Positions 30,210 through 42,266 of a stretch of DNA of 64,000 nt are shown here, in pieces; position 1 is the first letter of the stretch; each line of letters opens with the position of its first letter. Source of the stretch: Bdellovibrionota bacterium (GTDB lineage Bacteria > Bdellovibrionota_C > UBA2361 > CAKMMH01); contig JBMNLI010000007.1 of assembly GCA_050952645.1 (NCBI GenBank), forward strand, positions 26,993 to 90,992. The letters run 5' to 3'. The notes beneath the pieces are model-generated. The model was not told the DNA's origin. It saw only the letters and a list, made by a program, of their open reading frames with translations, and ran no database searches. Both the position numbers and the translations under genes were made by a program.

Positions 30210-30529
30210 AACTAAAAAGGGTATAACGAGTTTAGTAAAAAAACAAGATTATATCGAAGTTCTTTTATATTAGTTCTTTTATATTACACTAATTTATACT
30301 AGTTTATTTATATTAATTTATTTATATTCCGCATTTTCAATGCGACTTTAAACTCCTAAAACCTTAAAAGGTCAATAGTTTTTTTAGTTTAATAAAAAAC
30401 CTATTCTATATATCTAGTCATTATCTTAAAATCGTAATAAAATTTACTATGTTTTGTATTTTAAAAAATTCCTTTTTATTAGAGTAAATTTTACTTGATT
30501 TTAAAAAATATTTTTAAAAAAGAGGCTTA

Positions 30530-33500
30530 ATGAATTTTTCAAAAAGTAATAGTTTCGTAAATTTTAATAAAATTTCTTTTATCTTATTAAAATTTTTTCA
30601 TTCGATATTCGATTTTCTTATTTTCATTACGGTATTTTTTTATATAAGTGGTAGATATAGTGGGGAAGACGAGTTTTGGATTACGATGCTTGCATTCGTT
30701 TCTTTCTGCGTGCCTTACTTAATATTTGCCGCATTTAATGGAAGCTTTATAGATAAGTATTCAAGCGTTAAAGCTTTTAGAGCTAGTAGCATCGTAATGC
30801 TTTTTTTATCGTTAAGTGTAAATTATTTTTTCTCATTAGAAAGCGTTTCAGCACTCTTTATTTTACTATTTTTAGTGGGAGCAAACCGTTCGCTATACGT
30901 GGCATCTAATTTTGTTTATCTATCTGAAAGATTTAAAGATTACGATAAAAGTAAAGCCTTTATAGCAAATCAAGGTCTTTCATTTTTAGCACTAATAACT
31001 ATCTTGTTTTTAGGTGCGGAAAAAGAGCCTTTCTTTGTAAGAAGCGTTTTAATAAGTGTAAGTTTTTTAACGGTAATAATAAGTTTTTTGCAAAAAGATG
31101 TTAAGCAAATAGAAACTAAGCATATTAAAATAGATTATTTTCCATTAAGTATTTTTAAAACTTTTGAAAAGATGAAAAGACATTTTGGAATAAATATTTC
31201 AATATACGCTTTATCTTCTTTCTGGGCCTTAATATCTATCTTTTGCTTTGTTTTAGTTTATAGAACTTGCCTAGGTATGTCTAATATAAATACCTTGTTG
31301 CAAACATTAGCGCTATTATCTTTAGGTGCCATAGTAAGCGGTATTGCTACTTCCTTTTTATTTAAAGACAAGGTGGAACTCGGCGTAATTCCGCTAGGCG
31401 CTTTTTGTTCTTCCGTATCGTTATTTTGTTTTTCTTTTTTATCTCCTGATGGAATATTTTACGATTTATTAACATTTTTAATGGGCTTTAGTTTAAGTTT
31501 TTTTATACTTCCAACTTATGGATACGTTCAAAGCAAAATTCCTTATAGACAATCTGGAAGATACAATGCGGCTATTTTAATGATAACAGTTTTCTCTGCA
31601 TCGATAGTAGTCGGATTATTCGTATTTGCAGGTTTCGCTTTAGGATTTACAGATAAATCGATTTTAAGAGTAGTTTCAATTTTAAGTCTTGGGTTGACGG
31701 TGCATGCCGCTTTTTTACTTCCTAAATTATTTTTAAGATGTCTAGTCTGGGCTTTAGTAAATATAGTATATAAATTAAAAATAATAGGTATAGAAAATGT
31801 GCCTAAAAAGGGCGGTGCAATAATAGTGTGTAATCACATGTCGTATTTAGACCCTTTTATAATAATGGCTTCGATGACACGTTCGGTTAGGTTTTTAATT
31901 TACGATAGCATCTATAATTTAAAGTATGTAAAGCCGATAGCAAAAATTCTTCGTGCTATTCCTCTCCCAGAAAAAGGTTCAAGAGAAACGGTTCTAGCAT
32001 TTAGAGAGGCTGCGAATGCTGTAAAAAAAGGTGAGATAGTAGTTATCTTTGCGGAAGGGCAAGTGTCGAGAGTCGGCAATATGCTTCCTTTTACGTCGGG
32101 CTTTACTCGCATATCAAAAATGACTAAAGCACCAGTTATCCCTATGTACCTAGATAGAATTTGGGGAAGTAGCTGGATATTAAATGATGGAAAGTTTGCT
32201 AAAAGTATGCCTAAAGAGCTTCCTTATCCGCTAACTATCGTAGTTGGAACTCCGATAAAAGAGCGCACGGACACTTATAGGATAAGGCGTGCAGTTCAAG
32301 AGTTAGGGGCAGATGCATCAAAGTATAAAAAGGAAGTTTTTCAGCTTTTGCACACCTCGTTTATTAGGTCTGCAAAAAGAAAGCCTTTTAGAAAAGTAGC
32401 TATCAACGCTACTGGGCTTTCTTTAAATTATATTACGATTCTAGGAATGTCTCTTTTAATTTCTAGAAAATTAAAAAATGAACTTAAGAACGATAAGTTT
32501 GTAGGAATAATGATCCCTCCATCTGTAGAAGCGGCCTTAGTAAATATTTCGCTATATTTTATAGGAAAGATTCCTATAAATTTAAATTACACAGCAGGAA
32601 ATGATTTTTTACTATCAGTTGAAAAACAGACTGGAATGAAAAAAATAATTACTGCTAAAAAAGTTTTAGAAAAACTTAACAAAGAAAAACTAGATTCTAT
32701 GTTTTTTTTAGAAGAGTTATTAAGCGGAGTTAAAAAATCAGAAAAAATTAAATACGTATTGTATGCTCTTTTAATCCCAAGAATTTTAATAGAAAAAATA
32801 TTCTTAGTTAAAAGACCGTCTAGACATGATATGGCAACTATTATATTTTCTAGCGGAAGCACTGGAGATCCTAAAGGCGTAATGCTTTCTCACGATAATA
32901 TTACATCGAATATAGAAAGCATACTTTCCGCAGTTGAGTTCAACTCTAGTGATGGGTTAGTAGGGATATTGCCATTTTTCCATTCATTTGGATATACAGT
33001 TGCACTTTGGCTTCCACTTCTTAGAGGGTTTAAAATTTGTTATCACAATAACCCTCTCGATGCTACGACCGTTGGCAATATGGTAAAGGAACATAAGCTT
33101 ACAGTGTTAGTAGCTACGGGAATTTTTATGGCTACGTATATTAAAAAGTGCGATGTTGAACAATTTAAGAGTTTAAGATTCGTTATAGCGGGAGCAGAAA
33201 AACTTCAAAGGCAGATAGCTAAAGATTTTGAAGAAAAGTTTGGTCTTAAAATTTACGAAGGGTATGGTTGCACAGAGTTATCGCCCGTAGCTGCCGTAAA
33301 TTTATTTAACGCTGATGGGTACTGGAAAGAACAAATCGGAGAGAAATCTGGCACTGTGGGGCGTCCTATGCCGCAAATATGTGCTAAGATTACATCTTTA
33401 GAAACTGGTGAAGAGTTAGGCCCAAATGAAGAGGGTATGCTATGGATAAAGGGCCCAAATGTGATGATGGGATATTATGGAAAGCCTGAGCTTACTAAAG

Positions 33501-33913
33501 AGGTGTTAAAAGATGGTTGGTATTCGACTGGTGATATTGCTATTTGCGATAGGGATGGGTTTATAAAAATAGTAGATAGAGTATCTAGATTTAGTAAGGT
33601 TGCAGGAGAGATGGTGCCACATATAAAGTCAGAGGAACTTATTCAAGAAATATACGGCTCTACAGAAAGATGTTGCGTCGTAACTGGCGTGCCAGATGGA
33701 AAGAAGGGTGAAAAGTTAGTAGTGCTTCACGTTATGGAAGATATCGACCCTAAAGAAATATCGAAAGAGTTGCAAGCAAGGGGATTGGCAAATTTATGGA
33801 TACCAAAACCTGAGGAGTATTATAAGGTTGATGCTTTCCCAGTTCTTAGCACGGGAAAACTAGACTTAAGAGGCGTTAAAAAATTAGCTTTAGATATTAC
33901 TAGTAGGAATTAA
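30530..33913 (+). CDS. aas: Aas-type fusion: MFS transporter, acyltransferase and acyl-ACP synthetase
   Basis: N-terminal TMs; NHMSYLD and FAEG acyltransferase motifs; FSSGSTGDPKG, YEGYGCTE, TGD AMP-binding motifs. Confidence 0.9.
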   Translation: MNFSKSNSFVNFNKISFILLKFFHSIFDFLIFITVFFYISGRYSGEDEFWITMLAFVSFCVPYLIFAAFNGSFIDKYSSVKAFRASSIVMLFLSLSVNYFFSLESVSALFILLFLVGANRSLYVASNFVYLSERFKDYDKSKAFIANQGLSFLALITILFLGAEKEPFFVRSVLISVSFLTVIISFLQKDVKQIETKHIKIDYFPLSIFKTFEKMKRHFGINISIYALSSFWALISIFCFVLVYRTCLGMSNINTLLQTLALLSLGAIVSGIATSFLFKDKVELGVIPLGAFCSSVSLFCFSFLSPDGIFYDLLTFLMGFSLSFFILPTYGYVQSKIPYRQSGRYNAAILMITVFSASIVVGLFVFAGFALGFTDKSILRVVSILSLGLTVHAAFLLPKLFLRCLVWALVNIVYKLKIIGIENVPKKGGAIIVCNHMSYLDPFIIMASMTRSVRFLIYDSIYNLKYVKPIAKILRAIPLPEKGSRETVLAFREAANAVKKGEIVVIFAEGQVSRVGNMLPFTSGFTRISKMTKAPVIPMYLDRIWGSSWILNDGKFAKSMPKELPYPLTIVVGTPIKERTDTYRIRRAVQELGADASKYKKEVFQLLHTSFIRSAKRKPFRKVAINATGLSLNYITILGMSLLISRKLKNELKNDKFVGIMIPPSVEAALVNISLYFIGKIPINLNYTAGNDFLLSVEKQTGMKKIITAKKVLEKLNKEKLDSMFFLEELLSGVKKSEKIKYVLYALLIPRILIEKIFLVKRPSRHDMATIIFSSGSTGDPKGVMLSHDNITSNIESILSAVEFNSSDGLVGILPFFHSFGYTVALWLPLLRGFKICYHNNPLDATTVGNMVKEHKLTVLVATGIFMATYIKKCDVEQFKSLRFVIAGAEKLQRQIAKDFEEKFGLKIYEGYGCTELSPVAAVNLFNADGYWKEQIGEKSGTVGRPMPQICAKITSLETGEELGPNEEGMLWIKGPNVMMGYYGKPELTKEVLKDGWYSTGDIAICDRDGFIKIVDRVSRFSKVAGEMVPHIKSEELIQEIYGSTERCCVVTGVPDGKKGEKLVVLHVMEDIDPKEISKELQARGLANLWIPKPEEYYKVDAFPVLSTGKLDLRGVKKLALDITSRN

Positions 33914-34001
33914 AAATTAAATTGCTAAAGATATTTTTTTGATTTTAAATAGTAGCAAATCGCAAAATAAATTTTAATAATTTTTAAAGGAGATAGAGAT
34001 A

Positions 34002-34424
34002 ATGTTTATAAAAAAAATTAATGATAGTAAATATATGATGCGTTTAGAAAAAGATGAAATGGTAATGGAGAGCATAAAAAAGTTCGCAAAAAAGTATAAT
34101 GTTAAATCTGCTGAGGTGCGTGCTTTAGGGGCTATCGATTACGTAAGTTTATCTCTCTATAGACCTGCTACAAAAGATTACGATACAAGGGAGTTTAATG
34201 AGCCTTTTGAAATTTCATGTCTTTACGGAAATATTTCTAGTTTAAATGGAGAACCTTATTCTCACATTCATATTAGTTTAAATAATACTAACTATGAAGG
34301 CATCGGAGGGCATTTAAATGAAGCAAGAATCTCTGCAACGCTCGAAGCTTACATAGATGTTTTTGATGTGGTAGTAGATAGAAAAAAAGATGAGAATGTA
34401 AATTTAAATGTTTGGGATATTTAA
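34002..34424 (+). CDS. PPC domain (DUF296) protein
   Basis: ALGA, FEISCLYGNIS, HIHISL, GGHL motifs. Confidence 0.9.
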   Translation: MFIKKINDSKYMMRLEKDEMVMESIKKFAKKYNVKSAEVRALGAIDYVSLSLYRPATKDYDTREFNEPFEISCLYGNISSLNGEPYSHIHISLNNTNYEGIGGHLNEARISATLEAYIDVFDVVVDRKKDENVNLNVWDI

Positions 34425-34427
34425 TAT

Positions 34428-35093
34428 TTACCCTAAGCTCCAATCTATCTCTTTTTTACCTAGTTTTCTTAAAATCTCATTAGTTTTAGAAAACGGCTTT
34501 GAGCCAAAGAAACCTCTATAACAAGAAAGGGGAGATGGGTGTGGAGCTTCTAAAATAAAATGTTTCGTTTCGTCTATTTTTGCACACTTCTTTTTTGCAA
34601 AGCCTCCCCATAAAATAAAAACAACACCCTCTTTTTCTTCATTAATTTTAGAAATTACAAAATCTGTAAAAGTTTCCCAGCCTATATTTTGATGCGATGC
34701 AGGCTTACTAGCCTCTACACTTAGCACGGCATTTAATAAAAGCACGCCCTCTTTTGCCCATTTAACTAGAGAGCCACTTTTAGGAGTGCTTATGCCGACA
34801 TCATCATAAAGTTCTTTAAATATATTTTGAAGTGATGGAGGAAATGGAACTCCATCTTTTACGGAAAAACTTAAGCCGTGAGCTTGCCCCTCGCCGTGAT
34901 AAGGGTCTTGCCCTATAATAACGACTTTTATATCACTAAAAGGAGTATAAGAAAAAGCATTAAAAATATCCTTATTTGAGGGATATATGATTTTTCCTTT
35001 TTTTCTTTCACTTTCAATAAAAGAGATAATATTTTTAAAATATTCTTTTTCCTTTTCTTTACCTAAAATATCTTTCCAAGAAATTTGTTTCAT
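34428..35093 (-). CDS. ung: Uracil-DNA glycosylase
   Basis: GQDPYHG, PPSLQN, GVLLLNAVL, HPSPLS. Confidence 0.97.
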   Translation of the reverse strand: MKQISWKDILGKEKEKEYFKNIISFIESERKKGKIIYPSNKDIFNAFSYTPFSDIKVVIIGQDPYHGEGQAHGLSFSVKDGVPFPPSLQNIFKELYDDVGISTPKSGSLVKWAKEGVLLLNAVLSVEASKPASHQNIGWETFTDFVISKINEEKEGVVFILWGGFAKKKCAKIDETKHFILEAPHPSPLSCYRGFFGSKPFSKTNEILRKLGKKEIDWSLG

Positions 35094-35111
35094 AAATAAT
35101 TTTTTTTAATG

Positions 35112-36026
35112 CTAATATTTTTTTATATCATCTATAGATTGCAAAATGCTTAAGTATGATAAATACCTACTTTCTGCGAGCGTTTTATCTTCTACGCATT
35201 TTTTTACATAACAATTTGGCTCGGCTCCGTGAAGACAATCGCCATACTCGCATTTTGCACTTAATTTATTTATATCTGTAAATAAAAGGCCTACCTCATA
35301 CTTATCTAAAAAAGACACATTAAAATTTGAAATCCCAGGTAAGTCTATTATAAATAAATCTTGCTTTTCTTTATCTCTTTTATCGCTACTATAATGAAAA
35401 CCGAAAGCTTGAGTAGTAGTCTGTTTGCCGTGTCCTCTTTTTCCTAGTTCCCCTACTTTGTTTTCAGCGGTTTTAATTAGCTTATTTAAAATACTACTTT
35501 TCCCAACGCCTGAAAGTCCACAAAAAAGCACTTGTTCTTCATTAGTGTTATCAAAATACGCTTTTAAATCATCTATACCTACTAAAGTTTTAGCACTAGT
35601 TTTTAATATATCGATCCTCAAATTCTTATAGAGCGTTAAAATAGGCATAATTTTTTTAGTATCTAAATCGCACTTATTTAAAATTATACTAACTGGTATA
35701 TGCTCTTTATTTGCAACGCATAGCACGTTATCTACAAAATAAGTATTTATCATCGGCCTAGGGGATACCATTAAAAAAATTCTATCGATATTACAAGCTA
35801 TGTTTTTTTCTGAATCAAAATAGTATCTTTTAAAAATATTTTTTCTTTCTAAAAAATTAGAAACGTAAAGCTCTCCTTTTTCAATATAACAATTTACTAT
35901 ATCTCCTATAATATAATCGCTTTGATTAGAGGCGAATTTTCCCATCATAATTTTTTCGTTATGCCAAACGTATGCATAACGTCTCGATAAACTAACTAGC
36001 CTAGATTGAAAAGTTTCTAAAGTCAT
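35112..36026 (-). CDS. rsgA: Ribosome small subunit-dependent GTPase A
   Basis: NKCD, GLSGVGKSS, GKQTTT, DLPG and Zn finger CEYGDCLH..EPNC. Confidence 0.93.
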   Translation of the reverse strand: MTLETFQSRLVSLSRRYAYVWHNEKIMMGKFASNQSDYIIGDIVNCYIEKGELYVSNFLERKNIFKRYYFDSEKNIACNIDRIFLMVSPRPMINTYFVDNVLCVANKEHIPVSIILNKCDLDTKKIMPILTLYKNLRIDILKTSAKTLVGIDDLKAYFDNTNEEQVLFCGLSGVGKSSILNKLIKTAENKVGELGKRGHGKQTTTQAFGFHYSSDKRDKEKQDLFIIDLPGISNFNVSFLDKYEVGLLFTDINKLSAKCEYGDCLHGAEPNCYVKKCVEDKTLAESRYLSYLSILQSIDDIKKY

Positions 36027-36034
36027 AAAATTAT

Positions 36035-36523
36035 TTAATTCTTAATATCTTTAACATTAGAAAGAGCCCCTAGAAAATCTTTAGTAGTTTCAGTATCTGA
36101 GAAATGATTTTCTATATACACTTTAAGTTCTTGTAAAAAATTTATAACCCACGTTAAAATTTCTCCCCAATCTATTTCTTTAGCAAGGAATGATACGATA
36201 ACGCTAGCGACTGTAAAAATTATTGGTGCAATTAGCGCTGGCCTAAAACCTTGAACCTCAATGCCAGGGAGTATTTTTACTAAAACCCAAAATAGCAAAC
36301 CATTAGTTAAAAATAGAATGATCATTTGGTATGTAGGCTCATCGGGAACTTTCATAAAAAGTGCTAAATCCCAAACATTAGCATTTATAAAAGCAAGTGC
36401 GGCGACCATAAATATCGCTCCAAAGATGCTCGTAATCTTTAATTTAGGAATTAGCCAGCACGTTAAGAGCATTGCGCAAGTTTGTAAAATCCAGTAGTTT
36501 AAATTGAATGTAGGAATTTTCAT
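36035..36523 (-). CDS. Phage holin family IV (YvlD-like) membrane protein
   Basis: Four-TM pattern with LPGIEVQGFRPAL motif. Confidence 0.75.
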   Translation of the reverse strand: MKIPTFNLNYWILQTCAMLLTCWLIPKLKITSIFGAIFMVAALAFINANVWDLALFMKVPDEPTYQMIILFLTNGLLFWVLVKILPGIEVQGFRPALIAPIIFTVASVIVSFLAKEIDWGEILTWVINFLQELKVYIENHFSDTETTKDFLGALSNVKDIKN

Positions 36524-36747
36524 ATTAAATTTTTGTATGGGAAGTTCTATTTATTATGTAAGAACTCCGATACCTTATAAAAAATAATTTTTAAATCGTT
36601 TGCATTAAGTTTTTTTTTGAGCATAATAAGCACTGCATTTGTTTTTGAGCTCATAAAGTCAATTATAACCATTTTGTTTTTATTTGGAAATAGCAAAGGC
36701 GTATAGTGTTATCTTTATTAAGTATATTAAATATAAAGATTATATTT

Positions 36748-36826
36748 AATAAAGATTATCAAAGAATAAAGATTATTAAAGAATAAAGATTATTAAAGAG
36801 TAAAGATTATAAAGAGAATAAAGATT
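36748..36826. repeat. Imperfect 17-bp tandem repeat (aataaagattattaaag)
   Basis: Read directly in the divergent intergenic region. Confidence 0.7.
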
Positions 36827-36942
36827 TTAGATGATTTTTTAAAATTTTTATTGTAATATTTAGCGGTAGTGGTTATATATATAAGTATAAAGATATTTTA
36901 GGCACAGAAGTTTTAGGCACAAAAGTTTTAGGCAAAGCGATT

Positions 36943-37302
36943 ATGGAATTAAAAAAATATACGGAAATTTTAAAAGATATAAAAAAAATAAAAAATGTAA
37001 AAAATGTAAAGATAAGTAAAACTAAGGTGTTATTATATGCGCCATCTATAAGTTTAATTTTAGCTGGAAGTTTCGTTATCTTTAGCCCTACTATGCTAAA
37101 ATTCTTTTTAGCTTGTTTCCTAATTTTTTCAGGAATATTATCGCTTAAAGTTATTAAAAGGATTTACACTACGAGAAATAATATCCTATCAATTTTAGGA
37201 CAAATCGATGGACAAATCCTTATACACAAACACCATCCTGCCGAAGAAGATGATGATAGATTGTTCTCACAATATTCAAATAAAAAGAATATGTTTCATT
37301 AG
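36943..37302 (+). CDS. Hypothetical membrane protein
   Basis: 119 aa with a hydrophobic hairpin; co-oriented with the next gene. Confidence 0.65.
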   Translation: MELKKYTEILKDIKKIKNVKNVKISKTKVLLYAPSISLILAGSFVIFSPTMLKFFLACFLIFSGILSLKVIKRIYTTRNNILSILGQIDGQILIHKHHPAEEDDDRLFSQYSNKKNMFH

Positions 37303-37341
37303 TAAAAAATATAAAGTTAAAAGTATTTTTTTAATTTTAAT

Positions 37342-38262
37342 ATGATTAAAAAAGTTAACGGAAAGTATATCATTTCAGCTGGAGAGCTAGGCATATACGT
37401 CGTTTGTCCTTACGCTTGGAAGTTAAAAAGCGTTTCTCATAAAAAACTAGAAAATGCTGATGTGCAAAAAGAATCTACGGAAGGAAAGAAACTCCATAAA
37501 GAATGGAGTAAAGAAACGGAAGATATTCATATCTTAAGAACTAAAAAAAGTTTAGTTTTAGGTTTACTTTCTGTCGTTATATTATCTTCTATTTTTTTTC
37601 TGAAAGATAAAATTTTAAAATCTTATAATATAGAAAGTATAAAAACTCTTAAACTTAAATCTACCTCCATTTTATCGTATTTAATAAATGAAATAAAAAT
37701 AGTCTTTGCAGAACTCGGCGAACTCGATCTCGATGTTTTAATGTTTGTCGTGTTAACTAGCATATCGTTATTTGTCGTGTATATCGTAAGTGTATACGTT
37801 AAAAAACGTGCAGTAGTAGCTGGAATAGATGAGAAAAGTAAACTTTTAGCATTAGAGCATAGTAAAATTTTACCATCGAAAGATTATATATCTTACACTC
37901 AAGGAATTTCTGGGAAACCCGATGCCGTAATAAAGGAAGGGGCTTATTTTATTCCAGTAGAGATAAAACCACTAGCTAAAAAATTAAGAGATCGCTACGT
38001 ATATCAGCTTTTAGTTTATATGAGACTTATAAGTGAGTTTAAGAAAAAAGATGTTCCTTATGGATATCTTATTTTAGGGCCTAAAGCAAAAAGAGTAAGA
38101 ATTAACAATTTACCTGAAAGGCAAAAAAACCTTAATACGTTCTTGTCCGATATGAATGATATTTTAAATAATAAAAAAGAAGCCTTAGCAAGCCCTTCAG
38201 TGCAAAAATGTTCAAAATGTAATGTAGCAAAATATTGTAAATTTAATGCTTGCAAGCCTTAG
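37342..38262 (+). CDS. Cas4-like PD-(D/E)XK Fe-S nuclease with two internal transmembrane segments
   Basis: ISAGEL..YVVCPYAW, GKPDAV, VEIK, QLLVY, C-terminal CSKC-x5-C; two hydrophobic stretches between Cys1 and the catalytic core. Confidence 0.85.
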   Translation: MIKKVNGKYIISAGELGIYVVCPYAWKLKSVSHKKLENADVQKESTEGKKLHKEWSKETEDIHILRTKKSLVLGLLSVVILSSIFFLKDKILKSYNIESIKTLKLKSTSILSYLINEIKIVFAELGELDLDVLMFVVLTSISLFVVYIVSVYVKKRAVVAGIDEKSKLLALEHSKILPSKDYISYTQGISGKPDAVIKEGAYFIPVEIKPLAKKLRDRYVYQLLVYMRLISEFKKKDVPYGYLILGPKAKRVRINNLPERQKNLNTFLSDMNDILNNKKEALASPSVQKCSKCNVAKYCKFNACKP

Positions 38263-38283
38263 ATGTGCTTTACTAAATTTATT

Positions 38284-38387
38284 GGTTCTTTCACGTTTTA
38301 GAAAGGCTTTGGAAAAATTGTTTTTGGCTTCGTCGATGAGTGATGCTAATTTAAAGGTCTAAAACCCACCTTAAAACGTCAAAGAAC
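38284..38387 (+). repeat. Short (empty) copy of repeat family A
   Basis: Both outer ends plus segments aaaaattgttttt and gcttcgtcga; inner hairpin module absent. Confidence 0.85.
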
Positions 38388-38443
38388 TAAATAAATTTAA
38401 ATTGCTACATGAAGAATAAAAAATATCTTTCGATAAACTTTAT

Positions 38444-39977
38444 ATGAGTTTATTTAAAGATATTTTTACAAAACGATTTTTAACACGAATAAAGAAGAAT
38501 TATCCATCGCTGTTTTTTTGTTTCTTTTTAATTTTAGGACAGTTTGTAGCTTTCTATTTAATTAGATATCAAAATATCTATCTTATTTTGTTTATAAATT
38601 TAATTTTTATTTTTTTCGTTCTTATAAAAAAATATATTTTTATAAATTTTTTTATAATAGGTATATTATCATTTTTCTTACAAGCAAAGAGTTTAAATTT
38701 TAAAACTTATACTGAAGATGCTAGCTACTTAGTTAAAATTATATCTGATATTCAAAACAGAGTTTCAAATAGGATAAGTTTTACAGTTGAGGTGTTAGGA
38801 GTTCAGGAAAAAAGGCAAAGAGGTTTTAAAGAATTATCTTTTAAGAAAGAAAATTTTTTAATGTATTGTGGAGCCGTGTATCTTCCGTGGAAAAATATTT
38901 CAGAAGCTAAGAAGGGGGATGCTTTAATTATAAAAGCAAAGGTAAAAAATGTTGAGCCTACTTTCAATCCTATTTCTTATGAATTGTATCTTTTAAGAAA
39001 AAGTATAAGCAAAACTTGTGATATAAAATTTGCAAAGATTATAAAAAAGCGAAATGATAATAGCTTATCTTTAAGGCTTAATAAAAAAATAAGAAATAAT
39101 GTTGTAAAAGTATTAGGCGACAAGGAGTCTTCTGGGCTTTTCTTATCGATGACTATTGGAGTTAGAAATCTTTTAGCAACCTTAACTGAAGAAAAGTTTA
39201 AAAAAGTAGGTCTTACGCATTTGCTCGTTGTATCTGGCTATCAAGTATGTTTAATTTATTTTAGTATTCTTTTTATACTAAAGCAGATTTCTAGAATTTT
39301 CAAAAAGCTTTATTATTACTATTTTATCCAATATGTTTATAAAATTTTAGCACTTTCAGGGAGTATCTTTTTTGTGCTTCTTTCAGGGGCAGATTCTTCG
39401 AGTATTAGAGCTGGTATAGCGATTATTATCTTAAATATTGCTACGATGTTTGAAAGAAATAGCTCATTTGCAAATAGCATTATTTTATCATTTTTTATTA
39501 TGCATCTTCTTTTTCCTCTTTGCATTTTAGACCCAGGTGTGGCACTTAGCTATGCGGCACTTATAGGAATTTGGCTTGGAAGCTTTAGTAAGAATAGAAT
39601 TAAAAGCTTTCTTCTTATATCTTTTTACGTTTATATAGCTACTAGCACAGTGACGCTAATATGGTTTAAACAAATCTCTTTTATATCATTTTTATTAAAT
39701 ATATCTGTTGCACCGATAATCTCTTGGATAAGTTGTTTTCTAGGTTTTTTAGGAATATTTTTAAATTTTACTATCGATAAGCCTGGGATATGTATAAAAA
39801 TGCGTATCTTTTATTTTAGATTTATTTAAAAAATTCGTATTTTATATATCAGAGTTTAATTTTATATCTTACGTTTTTGATACCATGCCAATAATTTTAG
39901 TTTTAATCTTTTTTATTATTATAATAAGAGCTTTTTTAAAAAGGATTAAGTATTACGTCTCTTTTTGGAATTTGTAG
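38444..39977 (+). CDS. comEC: ComEC/Rec2 competence channel; the last ~60 codons lie in the +1 frame after A5 at 39796-39800
   Basis: GLTHLLVVSGYQV, SSIRAGI, DPGVALSYAA motifs; ORF 38444..39829, then a hydrophobic tail CVSFILDLF...FWNL* in the next frame. Confidence 0.85.
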
Positions 39978-40018
39978 CCTATAAGCTCCCCCTAAAAAAG
40001 AAATTTAACTAAAATTTT

Positions 40019-40241
40019 GGTTCTTCACGTTTTAGGTGGGTTAGAAAAATTGTTTTTAGGGGTTAGCTTAAAAGAAAATTGGCTTTTATAGAAAACTATC
40101 TATAGTTTAAAGAAAAATTACAACTATATTTAAAGTAATTTATTTTATGCAAATTTCTTTAAAGTCAATTTTCTTTTGTGCTTCGTCGAGGTGAGTGATA
40201 CTAATTTTAAGGTCTAAAACCTACCTTAAAACGTGAAGAGC
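40019..40241 (+). repeat. Full-length (~223 bp) copy of repeat family A
   Basis: Outer IR tcttcacgtttta / taaaacgtgaaga; inner IR gcttaaaagaaaattg (40066) / caattttcttttgtgc (to 40181). Confidence 0.9.
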
Positions 40242-40375
40242 TAAAATTTTTTAAAGTATCTCTTTAAAGTCAATTTTATTTAATTAGTAAGTGTGTTATA
40301 TTTTTATTGACCGACGCAAAATCACGAAAATCGCGAAAATCATTAAAATGTTATAGCAAATAAATGTTATAATTT

Positions 40376-40452
40376 AAGAGAAATCTTAAGAGAAATATAG
40401 GGGAAATATAAGAGAAATATAAGAGAAATATAGAAAAAAAAAGAGAAATATA
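40376..40452. repeat. Imperfect ~11-bp tandem repeat (aagagaaatat) upstream of pyrG
   Basis: Read directly. Confidence 0.7.
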
Positions 40453-40453
40453 A

Positions 40454-42127
<1,674 letters not shown>

Positions 42128-42266
42128 TAATGTTTAAAAAAACGATTTCTTTTTTCTAACTATTTTCTTTTGATGCAAAATAATATACACTAAGTAAATG
42201 TGTATTTTAAATAAAAATATACATTCATGTTTAAAAAATTCAAAATAAAAGAGAGATTATATAATT

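Noticed and set aside
37342-38262. CRISPR-Cas locus suggested by the Cas4-like gene
   Set aside because: No cas1/cas2 and no repeat-spacer array; the short tandem repeats have no spacers.
40009-40250. taaaatttt as a target-site duplication of repeat family A
   Set aside because: The motif is largely palindromic and can be read as an extension of the inverted repeat; other copies show no matching direct repeat.
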